DNA from: Bugula neritina
Lineage: Eukaryota > Animalia > Bryozoa
Reading direction: 5' to 3'
DNA length: 64,000 nt
NCBI GenBank assembly: GCA_964035545.1
Contig: OZ037766.1
Location: 26,440,343 to 26,504,342 of the forward strand
Part shown: in pieces, positions 15,201 to 26,189 of the stretch
Layout of the letters: every line of letters starts with the position of its first letter
Position numbering within the stretch: position 1 is the stretch's first letter
Made by a program: the position numbers and the translations under genes
The notes under the pieces: generated by a model
What the model saw: only the letters and a program-made list of their open reading frames with translations
Databases searched by the model: none
Told to the model about the DNA's origin: nothing

Positions 15201-15616
15201 TCTAACCACGACTGCTCCCTTACAGTAAACAGTAAGCTATGACACATAGCTTCATGAAAAACTTCGATTCAGTATAAGCAACTTTTATTCCTTTGCAAGA
15301 GAAATTTAGCCTGTGGTCTATTAAATGCTTGGATACTAAATGCTTTTAATAGCCTGAGCTACCCTATGGGTTATACTAGTTGATTCCATTACATTGTAAC
15401 AGTTACAGGAAATCATCATCTCTCGCTCACCTGGAGAGAACTCCCTCTAGTGGGCGAAACTAACTCCGAGCAGAAGGCTGTTTTGCCACACCCACTGTCG
15501 GCCATGATGAGAGTACCGCAGGTAGCGGAGTTACTTCTCTTGTCTAAGCAAGCTTTCAACTTCTCAAATGCCCACTCCCGGCAGTAGAACAGCTTCCCGA
15601 TGTGCCCTCTATCCAT
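253..15616 (-). CDS. ANKRD50: ANKRD50-like protein (N-terminal NACHT-like P-loop NTPase + winged helix + C-terminal ankyrin repeats); about 20 exons, 3' end probably outside the window
   Basis: Spliced exons give [20 protein letters not shown]...[13 protein letters not shown] (Walker A; 15616-15431), LLGYHFC (14942-14776), FIFLVDGLDE (Walker B; ~13398-13286), [11 protein letters not shown] (~13082-12951), [16 protein letters not shown]...[11 protein letters not shown] (9923-9720), [17 protein letters not shown] (~9000-8775), [12 protein letters not shown] (~8484-8335) and many ankyrin exons (5990-583, e.g. [49 protein letters not shown]). These match remembered ANKRD50 motifs. GT-AG boundaries keep frame where checked. 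Confidence 0.9.
2430..2654 (+). mobile_element. tRNA-derived SINE, copy 1 (in ANKRD50 intron)
   Basis: Pol III A-box-like TAGTCTAGGGG and B-box GGTTCGAGCC. The body (AGCATCCAGTCATAATTGCTCCTGTG...AAGTCCTTAGCCCG...CAGGGATGGTGACTATAAA) is shared with the copies at 15018 and 17719. Flanked by a 19-bp direct repeat ATGATACATAAATATGATA / ATGATATATAAAGATGATA (2411-2429, 2655-2673; 2 mismatches). Confidence 0.85.
2930..3120. repeat. 30-bp intronic minisatellite (~6 copies), ~20 bp from a splice acceptor
   Basis: Unit TATAACATAACAACATATGTAACAGTG(TA) repeated. It generates the spurious repetitive ORFs 2901-3119 and 2911-3165. Confidence 0.95.
4157..4232 (+). pseudogene. tRNA-like sequence (tRNA pseudogene or head of a second SINE family)
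   Basis: A-box-like GTGTAATGGTTAG and perfect B-box GGTTCGAATCCC at tRNA spacing. CTGCAAG (GCA/Cys-like) lies in the anticodon position, but the anticodon and acceptor stems pair poorly. Confidence 0.55.
9915..12410. repeat. 23-bp minisatellite, roughly 105 copies, overlapping the 3' splice site and first 9 nt of an ANKRD50 exon
   Basis: Unit ACTTACTCTCTATAACATAGTAT, with variants (ATTATTAT insertion, ATATGT, TACTTGT). Confidence 0.98.
15018..15222 (-). mobile_element. tRNA-derived SINE, copy 2
   Basis: Reverse complement of the copy 1 body (TATAGTCACTATCCCTG...CGGGCTAAGGACTT...CAGGAGCAATTATGACTG). Flanked by CAGCAAGCAGTAA / CAGTAAACAGTAA (2 mismatches). Confidence 0.8.
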
Positions 15617-17718
15617 AGTAGACTAGTTTACTGCCCACTCAATTACATCTAAAATCTGTCAAGTATCAACAACAACAATTAATTTTCTGACAAAAAGTGT
15701 GTTAAAAGAAAATCAGATAGCAAAGTATTATATTTAAGCCTCATTATTCATTATTTCGGTTTATTGAGGTTTTGGTATTTTCAAATCTTGCAGTTGAATG
15801 CTGGAAAGAGTAATATTAAAATCTGAAAATAGTTTGAGAATTTGAATATAATAGCTAAAGTAGAGGCACTTGCCTATTCTCAGAAGTTTTAGTTCATCTA
15901 AAATCGTGATAATCCAAGTGACCTTCATTCCAAATCAGGATGTTTGTGCTAAAAAGTAAAGAGCTTAACCCATTTGAAGAGGAAAATAATGATGTAAAAG
16001 TGATGGTGTCACTGAGGTTTGATATCATATATCGGTTAGAAACACACATCGGAAAAAAAGAAAATTAAAGGACATAAATTTGAGCTCTGACTGCAATGGA
16101 ATAACAACCAACCAGGCTTTTGCTAAAAATACCAAACAGACCAAATATTTTTATTATAAAAACCCAATTACTAAAGTTATATATTAATCATTCAATAGGA
16201 GAGTAAAAAGTTAATATCAGTCAGACTTCTTAGCTCTTTCACAGCTGTTTAAACAAAAATATCCTGTTACATTGGGCAAACAACAACAAAATTTTTCAGA
16301 CATTTTCGGAGCCAAAATTAAATGAGAAAGAAGTACAGAAGGAGTCTTCCGTTGATTGACTTTTTTTGCCTCATTATTAAGCTTGAAAATGATTTTGACC
16401 AACACAGTGCTTTGTTCCATTTAAAAATATTCCACAATGCAGAAAAAACATGTTCAAAAATAGCATTTACATCTACATAATCCTTTCCTGGCACTTTTGC
16501 CTTTTCTGGATATTGGGATTTATAATGCAGATATTTTTATGCAAAATAGATTCTGCAAATCATCAGCTTTCTAATGATATGAAGAAAGTGCAAGGTGACA
16601 AAAGACTTTTGAATAAACTGGAGATTTATTGAAGCGTAAGGGTTTGTGCATCTCGCATAATTCACATGATATAATAGAAAAGTAAACATACAATACAAAC
16701 ACATTATGTCAGGTTGAATGCTATCTGAATGATGCCTTTTAAGGCAGTTTGTTTTTTTACACTGTAGGCTATAGCTTTAAAGCAAGCAGATTGTCATGTT
16801 ATTTGGTTTGAGTAACTTCCAAGCCGTTTAAATATAAAAAAATCATACTAAGTAGCAAAATAATTGAGGTGTGATGGTGGTGCAGTCTATTTAAATTTTA
16901 AATAACAAAAATTCTCAAACTTGAAAGTAATGCACTAAGAACTATGATTAACTATTAACTGTTATTGTTTTGGCATTATGTTCAAAGTACATGTAGTTGT
17001 TTCAGTGGCTTTGGTAACTCTTAGAGTTAAAAGTTTAAATTAAATAGCTTTCTATAATGCAAAGATTTGCATTCAAATTATAATGAGCTATTTTTAGTTA
17101 ATCAAGAGGCTAGAAACTATAAGAAATACATGATGAAAGTACCTAAATGTAATTTATTTGCAAAAAACTTTATTGATGTGCATAAGGGTTAATAGGAGAA
17201 CCACATGAATTTATCAATAAAATGCTTAAAAAACCCATACTTGAAAAAATTAATTATTGTGCACATCAGTATAAGTAATCATACCGTAGTTTACTATATA
17301 AAAATCGAAAATATTGCTTAAAACTATAGGGGATTTTTAATTTCAAATTTTTATTATGAAGGCTATATTGAATAACTTTTACTTCAACAATAAATCAAAT
17401 TATCATACTAAACTCTAAAGTAATAATCATAAAGTTTATAATTATAAAAATAATAATAATGGTTAGTGATGAAGGTGACAAACTAAAACAATCCCAATCA
17501 TACGCGATTAGACTTTGGACTTGGTGATATTGTATTTTTAGGATTCTTCATAATGATACTGATATTACAGAAAAGTAAAGGCCAAAAGTTTTGACTATCA
17601 GTATCATTTACATTATGATTATCATTGGAGTCATTGCAATCAGATATCCATTATGAGCATAATGATTATAATTAAAAGATACAAACATGTAATATGGTAA
17701 TTGTAAATTTCCATGATA

Positions 17719-17914
17719 CAAAACTTAAGCAAGTTCATAGTCACTATCCCTGGGAGAACCCCTAATGAAAAAGGTTTTTTGTAAAGCGGGCTAAGGACTT
17801 ATTGATATGTGGCATAGGAGCAATTATGACTGGATACTCTTCCTAGCATCACCAATGGCCTTTACTGGAGTTTGAACTAAGCCAAAGATCTAAGTACTAG
17901 ACCACAGCTGCTCC
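17719..17914 (-). mobile_element. tRNA-derived SINE, copy 3
   Basis: Same body as copies 1 and 2. Flanked by an 18-bp direct repeat TTGTAAATTTCCATGATA / TTGTAAATTTTCATGATA (17701-17718, 17915-17932). Confidence 0.85.
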
Positions 17915-20604
17915 TTGTAAATTTTCATGATATAATAAAACATAAATTAAAATATTTATAAAATCTATCACTATCAGAATTACATCATGATCAATTGGTT
18001 ATATTATCATTATGATAGTATTACTTTTAATTAACACCGCCATTATTTTAGTGTTTGATTACCTATTGACTAAACTGAAACTGAGTAGGAGACTAAATGC
18101 TCTTACTGTATTATAGTAATAATATTAAATATTACTATTAGTATTAGCAATAGTAAAACTAAAAACCTTCAAGTTTAAGTATAACTAGTACTAAAACTAT
18201 TAGTATTACTATTACTTTCACTATGTCTATTACTCTATAGACTTGGAGTATTATTATTAGTGTAAGTATGCAATACTTCTTGATTACTATCACTATCAGC
18301 ATTGGTATCTCTATGGATCATGATACTCATACTGTCACCGATACTCGCAGTCACACTTATAATGATAGTTTCAGCCTGAATAATCATAATACTAATACTA
18401 ATAGTAATACTAATAGTAAATCATAATATTAATCATTATCATCATCACTATGATTATTGATTAGCAATATGATTATTACAACACTTATACTTAATCTTAT
18501 ACTTATAGTTATAGACATTATCATTATGACTATGATTATACTACTTATACTTATAGCTATACTTATTGACTTAAATATACAAGTTCAAGTTGGAGTCATT
18601 GAGTGATTGTCATACTTAAACTTAAAGTTACTGTTAAACAATAAAACATAATGATAATGATAATCATAATGATAAAGTCATAAACTAAAGCTAACCCAAA
18701 AGTCAAGTTGCCTTGGACTTGCAGTATTAAAAACACTTAAATAGCCCTAGCCCACTGATTACATAAATTTTCTTATTATTCACTTGAAACTTGAGTTGAA
18801 ACTCTATGGCGCTGTGAGAATGTTTGGGATGAATTAATCAACGACTAAGATAAAAGAACAAAATTAAGAAAAAGCACCTGTACTCATTCCGACAAAACTT
18901 AGCATAGTAAACAAAAAGAAAAGTTAATCGAAGGGCATCGCAACCATGCCGATCATGAAAACACAGCTGGGCCGCAAAAAATAGCAGTTCAGCAGTATGA
19001 GAAGCCAACTCCGGTACTTATTGCCCTAGTAATAGCAAACGAATCAAAGAAATTTTGCCAAGTCCTCAGAATACATTTTAGTAGACAAACACCCAGAACC
19101 ATTGAATTGGAAGATATATAATATTCCATTTTTTTACGCTGTACGTCAATATTATGCTCACGCCAACGTACCGAGGAATAATATACTATACTGGTTTATA
19201 CTAAATGACTTATAGCACCATAACTTCTATTTTATGTGACCGATGTTCTATAAAATTCACAACATAATAAATAGACATAAGACCATAGTTGCAGCATGCA
19301 AATAACAATAAAAAAATTGTGATGCATTTGAAAATTTTTAATTTTTACAGCCCGATTCAGGCTTTATGCATTTTATTTGTTGATTCGATACTGCGCCAAT
19401 GACAGACTGCAACTTTAAGAAAATTGTGTATTGATCTATTTTTGAAATAGATCTGCAAGTATCACCACCATATTATTAGAAGTAATAGTATTTCTGCAGA
19501 GTAGCTACTTGATACTTACATTCTTTAAAGATGGCAAAATAATAAATTGAATTAGAAATTCAGAAAACAAAACTATTGAAATAACATTCAATAATTAATT
19601 ATATTTTGTATGAAATGACATAAAAATTTAATTTAGCTTTTAATAATTAGAATATTATAGACTAGAAGTTGAGCAAAATATTAGTAGAACTAGATAAAAT
19701 CTTTGAACAAATTACCTGAACAATATATTATTATAAAATACATATATGATATGTGTGTAATGGTGTTAGCCGTCAACTCAACTATAAGAGGAAGTTACAA
19801 AAACCTAATTACATAGCGACTTCAGACCTTCACAAAATGTCTATAACTATGGCATGCAATTGACTGGTAAACTATACAGCTGTCAAAAGGAAAAAAGAAA
19901 TATAACTAAACCAATAGAAATCAGATATGGAAATAAATGCACATTTGCATAACATTAATTGCATAGTGGTTAACATTACTTAGAAAAAAAATAGTTGTGT
20001 AAGAGATTTAAACAAATAAAATACTGTAATAATGAACATCATAATGAAAAAAAATTATAACACTTACAAAAATATCTAGTATTAGAGATTAGTAAAAGCT
20101 AGGCAGAGCACTAGAAAATACTACTGCGATATGGTAGAGAGTTAAAATAATACTCTAAAGGGAGCAAATTGAAAAGTCCACTTGCTGTACCCTGTTGTTA
20201 GCACCTGAAACTTGCACTCATATTCAACTCTCTTCTAGTCTATAGTCAACTTCATGAATCGACTAGTAGCATTCGTCTTACTTCGGGGAATATTTACACA
20301 CAGGCCTTACTAGTAATTTGTTAAAACTTCAATATTTCATAAAGTTGCTAATTATGACTTGTTTATAGAAAACAAAAACAAAAAGATAGTTTTAAAGATG
20401 CTGGAGCAATTAGGATTTAGGAATCACAGCTTTTGATATCAAAAGTTGTAAAAATGTCAGTCTAAGAGTTTCAGATTTGAAAATTGTTGACTAGTATTTT
20501 TTAAAAACCTATCGAACAGATAAGTTTAAATATAAAAGAATGTAAGTAGGCAATAGGTTTTGTTATAGTCACCTTTGACCTATAAAACTCAAGTAACCTT
20601 TGAC

Positions 20605-23600
20605 CTATAATCTGGTAATAATACGAATTATTTCCACTGAGCTGTCACTGCAGTCAGACTCAAAGCCCCTGTCTGTAGAACGGCCAGGAGATCGAGAATA
20701 TTGAAAGCTTTTTGAGTCATGTGCTGGAGTTGTCCCACTCACATCTGTTGTTACAATATTATTCCAATCGCCGTTAGCAAAGAAACTTGGAGCAATATCT
20801 AATGAGTTCGACTTCTGGGAGAGTTTCTGAGTGGAGGTTGTAGGAATGAAGGGTAGCGATTTACAATCATCATTCGAATCAGTGGATTTTAAATGATCTT
20901 CAGATTTTCTTTCTGTAACTTCAATAGAATGAGAAGATGAAGTGGGACATGAGTTTGTGTTTACTGAGCTGGTACTGCCTTCTGCTGACAAACTGCAGCC
21001 ATCTTGAACAGCTTCCTGTAGGCTGAGATCGGAGAAACTTAAAGACTCTCCGCCAAAAGGTTCTATTTGAATATCAGCAGACTGGCTACTCCCATCAGAC
21101 ATTTCCTCCATCTTATCTATAAGAGAGAAACTGAGTGAGTTATGGACTCGGTAGTTATATTTCAACTTTGACAGTTTCAATAAGTATTACAGCACTTAAA
21201 TGACTTTCAAAATCTGCATGGCGTTATGAGCTTATTGTATTGATACTATCAACCTATAACTCATAACTACCTTATTAAAATAATGTGAGAGGCAAAAATG
21301 TTAATTTTGCCGGTGGCATAAAATTTTGCAGCATCAGCTCAAATTGATTACATTTACTAAAAGTGAACCATTAAACCAGTATCTAGTTTAAAATCTGTCA
21401 AGTTGAGATTGTTATATCTCCATGAAAGAACATCTCTATACGCACTATAGAGACAGAAGAAATTAACATGTTTATAACTGTTTTTAAAGTTGACAAAATT
21501 ACAGTAACAATATTATGTCTATTTAAGCTAATATTTCTATCAATTGCAATGTTTCACAAAGAGTCAATAACTCTATAACATAACATTAATGTTTGAAAAA
21601 CTAAAAAAACTGATTTAAAGATTTGATTACTAGAAAAATATAAGCTAAGCCTACATCAAAAGTGCAAAACTTTCCTTAGAGTTAATAAATATATCACAGC
21701 CCATATTCTAAATAAATGGTGTTCACCATCATTTCTTAACAGCTCAATAAAATAATTCTAAGATATCACAACAAACACACATAGACTGGTAGACAGACTG
21801 CAAGTTATTCTAATAGAAGAGTGCTGACTTACCGGAATATTCCTTGTCATTAAAGTCTGACTCAATTTCAAAGTCATCGTCACTGTCTGAGGAATTGTTG
21901 ATCACAAGCGTTTGCAGACGATCAACCAGCAGCTGCTGCTGCAGCTTCTTCTTAGACTTGGGCCAGTGCTGTCTTGGTAGAGTGGCAAACCTAAATCATG
22001 TGTGTACCAAGTAGTAAATTGTATCAAAATAAAACTTAAGCTAAAAGATGCACCAAAGGCTGTCCTCATTAGCAAATACAATGTTTTGCATCATTACACT
22101 TTTTAAATGACATGCTTTCATGTTCAAAAATATCTGCATAATCAGATGCTTGACAGAATAGAGTATTATCATTGACTGAGTGAACTAATTAAACATTGCG
22201 TATTTATAGGTTTACAAACAAGTCAATTTTTTGGCAAGGTTTAAACATTTCTCTATTCATATTGAGTACACAAACTTTTGACAGCAAGAAAATACATATT
22301 TTAAATTAATGCCATCTCAACGTCCTATATCACATTTCCATTTTTGTGATGGCTAATTTAAACGGCCATGTTTCTCAAGAAAACAACCTAATCTGAACAG
22401 ACGTTTAATCTTAGGAACTAGACTACAGCAAATATGCAATTGCAAAAACATTGAGTTACTAACTAGATGGTGTACCTGTATTAACTCCCTCTGGATACCA
22501 AGTAACATTATGTCATTATACCAAGTAACTACAATGCGAATTAAGTCATTGAGCTTCTTAGTACTGCATTAATTAAAAACTGAACAGTTATATGAAAGAC
22601 ACAGTAAGGAAACCGTAGGGGCTGGAGAATACAAAGAGGACAAAAATTTTGCTAATTAATATACATGTAAGTCAAATTAAAAACCCATCTACTGAATATA
22701 TCATTAGATAAAGGCACCTAGCATAAGTTGGTAAGTATAATTATGTGCTGTGCAGACCTGTCAACCTCACCCATTTTGCTAATTAAACGTTCAACTTCCA
22801 TATTACAAATATTACTTAGTCATCATTATACATCACTGTAATATACTTCAAGTTCAATTCACTGCCTTACATATAAGCATCCTGTTTTATAGGTATAGCC
22901 CTTTTTCCAGAAATCGTTCAGCAATTCCTAAATATGTCTAGATTGAAGTCCAATGAACTATACCAATAACATTCCTCCTACAGATCTTAGCCATCTAAAG
23001 GGATGACTCCATCTTGAACTTCACACATGAAGCAACCAATCTAATCTCTTTTCTGGCCCTAATTTGCCTCTCATTCTAATCCTTCCGCATTCTTCTATTT
23101 CACCCGTAGTTACTTTCTGGGCTAATTTACCCTCAGTACATACCCTCAGTACATACCCTCAGTATCTACTCTCAGTATCTACTCTGAGTATCTACTCTCA
23201 GTACCTACTCTGAGTCTCTACCCTCAATATCTACTCTCAGTACCTACCCTCAGTACTTACACTCAGTACCTAGCCTCAGTACCTACTCACCCACTGACTG
23301 CTGTACACCCAAGGTGTTTGTAGCCTCCATTTGGCGAGAATTCATTCATGTTGAGGTCAGATTCAGAGTCTATGGTCCACATGTCACTCCATCTACCCAG
23401 CGTACTGTATGTACTCTACAGGAAGTTACATTAAACTATATTATTACATCACAACTTCTCTACTAACTCCAGCACACATCAATTAAACTATGACCCATTT
23501 GTAATCCATTGTCAGCCCTGGAAAGGTCTGCCCACATCTGGATACTTCGTAGGCACAGTATTTTTTCAAAAATGGTGTACTCTGATTGGCTGAACGGTTT

Positions 23601-26189
23601 AGTAGTTGCCAAATGCCCAAAAAATAATTCCTCAATTCTATTGAAAGCCCAAACTTTATCCATCAAGAAACTGTTGGTGCTAGACTAAGTGTTTTCAAAG
23701 TCTAGCTGTTTTTGGTATGGCCAGTCTTATGTGTTTAGTGTATTAAGCAAGTATCAAAGAAATGTTCAGCATACAAGTGATGTAAATCTAATCATGTTTC
23801 ATCACCAATTGGGGGTAGCTCATCAAAGAAGTGCTTATAATATACAGCTTTTGCTGAAGCTTTAGCATATCAAGTTTTAGAGTATGATTCTATATGGATG
23901 TAACGGCAAGAAGTTGGGAACCCGGTATAACCCCTCCCCACCTGGCAATTCTTTATATAGTTAGAGAGCCTGTGCTTTACCAAATGTAACTACGACTAAA
24001 AGTGAGTGAAATTTTTTTGTTATAAATTCAATGATAAGATGAAATGGTTAAAGTGACTCAATGATACTAATTTGGAACATTTCCATTCACATTACAAAAT
24101 ATTATGCTTTTATGACACAAAATACTGTGGTATGTACAATAATCTTCATCACTATCATCAGCTAATACTGCTTTATCTATAATCTGGTTCAACATAGTAC
24201 TATGAGAGACTGTGACTTGTGTAATGAGAAGAAAGATTGAATAGAAACTAGAGAGGAAATGGGGGATACATGTAGAACAATGCTTCCACTGTGTTGCAGT
24301 TATTCTGCTTATGAAATTTGTAAAGTTGAAACACCATGTGAAAACTGTGTTAGCTCCATCTGTGTGAGGTAACCAGGAAACGAAAAGCTGGCTAATAGCC
24401 AACCAACACCATTTCAATAACACCAAATTCATTCAGAAGAATTAGTACATAAAATACTACAGGTAGAAAAAGGAAACTATTGAAGAGTTTTGTGAGAAAA
24501 AAACATTCTAAAATAAAACCTAGAGAACTGAAAGTCAAAGTGAAAACATAGTTAGAGAAAATAACTATCAAGAGTTGAGACAAAAATTACAGGACTGAAT
24601 CAGGTTTGCTTGAACAGAATATCTTCCGAATTAATGCACCTAAAGTGCTTGAAATTTTAGGGGTGGTGCAATTGAAGCAGCTAAATAAAAAGTTGATAAA
24701 TCAGTAATTTACAAACCCTAGGGCTATCTGAGTCCTCGCTGCTGCTGCACGCCGCCTCTTCAGAAATGGCTGTTAGAGTCGGGGAAGAAAGGCTGTACTC
24801 TGTTGGTGGTTTATAATTCTTACTGGTCACCAGATGTTTGGTCCTGGTTTGACCTTGAAACTCTCCGTGCTGTGACAAATGTGCAGCAGCTTTCTCGTCC
24901 CGTAACCTCCTTCTATGTTTCAGACTCTTTTCCCTTCTGTATTCTTGCAGGGAAGCGTTCACCTGCAGATTATACTTTGATATTATCAGATGCATGATAT
25001 TTATACCTGAAATTCTACAACAGGGCGAGTCTAAGGACAGCTCCAAAATAATGGAGAATAGAAGCTTTTTAATGGTTATAATTTTAGTACAAGCATGTTT
25101 TAGGGAACTTAGGTTATCATAGTTTTAAAGCTACCTGACAGCTCATATTTAATAAATAATTGATAACTCACAAATTAGATTGAATACACCATAAAAACTG
25201 ACAAATATTCACTTTCATTTTTCTGCTAGTATCTTTTTAAACATCTCTGATAAAAATTGTATCTAAAGATGCTTGCGAAACTAATAGAAAACCTAAAAGC
25301 CACTCAACAGGGAAGCAGATACAGCATATAAATACTCTAGTTGCTGTCAATAGCCTATACAGAGGTAAAATTAACAGTAATTTAGCATTTTCCTCAAATG
25401 GAGAGCAAAGATTGGGACAACAATTTTTATTATCTAGAGAAAGGCATTTTATATAATCTTTAGCTACATAACTTAGTAAATAGGTTGATTAGGTCATATT
25501 GTGATGTAAAACAGATTGAACTATTTCTGTGCTCAACTACACTGAAGAACAGTTACTAAAACCTATTAGGAAAGTTGATAATAATATTCACTTAGTAGCT
25601 AGTAGCAACTATATCATAGTTTTCACTGGTCTCTTTAGTTTGCTCAGCTTACTCAAGACTAATATGAAACGGAAAGCTGTGCTATGCAATAGATAACACT
25701 GGCTATTTAATGTCATACTCACTAATCTATTTCCCTATACGAAATATTCAGTTAGTAAAATATACTCACTTTCTCTCTCAGTAGCTCTACCAAACTGTTT
25801 GCCTTCTTTTCATTAGATAGTAGAATAGCATGACACCTTAGTTCCACTCGTAGTTTCTTGCCGACATGTCGATATATCCACACAAAGAGCTTCTCGTTAG
25901 ATTTTGGTACACAGAAATAAGTAATTCTGTGACACCAATAGTGTGTTAAACCCTGATTGGTTGTGTAAACTTTAAGACCACTGTTATCTACTGAAATTTT
26001 CATGGCTACACTTTGTTTTCCTGTCGTCTTTACAAAGTTTTTCCACAACAGATCAAGTGGTCTGTCTGTGCATGCATCTCCTTTAGCTACGTTAGTACTA
26101 ACATTACCCAAATACTGTCCTTTTAAAGTGGTAGTTGGATCTGTTAATTTTAAACTCTTTTTCTTCAAGTTGAAGATCGAAAAATTCAT
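20605..26189 (-). CDS. FAM43A: FAM43-like PTB/PID-domain protein; exons 26189-25770, 24962-24717, 23415-23291, 21990-21833, 21116-20605
   Basis: Exon 1 has YLGNVSTNVAKGDACTD...YWCHRITYFC...LFVWIYRHVGKKLRVELRCHAIL, typical of the FAM43 PID domain. Exon 2 continues VNASLQEYRREK. Intron phases (0,0,2,1) join cleanly into an acidic Ser-rich tail ending ITRL*. Confidence 0.85.
23130..23290. repeat. Degenerate 13-bp minisatellite abutting a FAM43 splice donor
   Basis: CTCAGTA(C/T)CTAC(T/C) repeated ~12 times, ending at the donor (plus strand CTCAC|CC at 23290/23291). Confidence 0.9.

Noticed and set aside
15650-20605. FAM43 and ANKRD50 as one fused gene
   Set aside because: FAM43 has its own stop at 20605, and an in-frame TAG lies just upstream of the ANKRD50 ATG at 15616.
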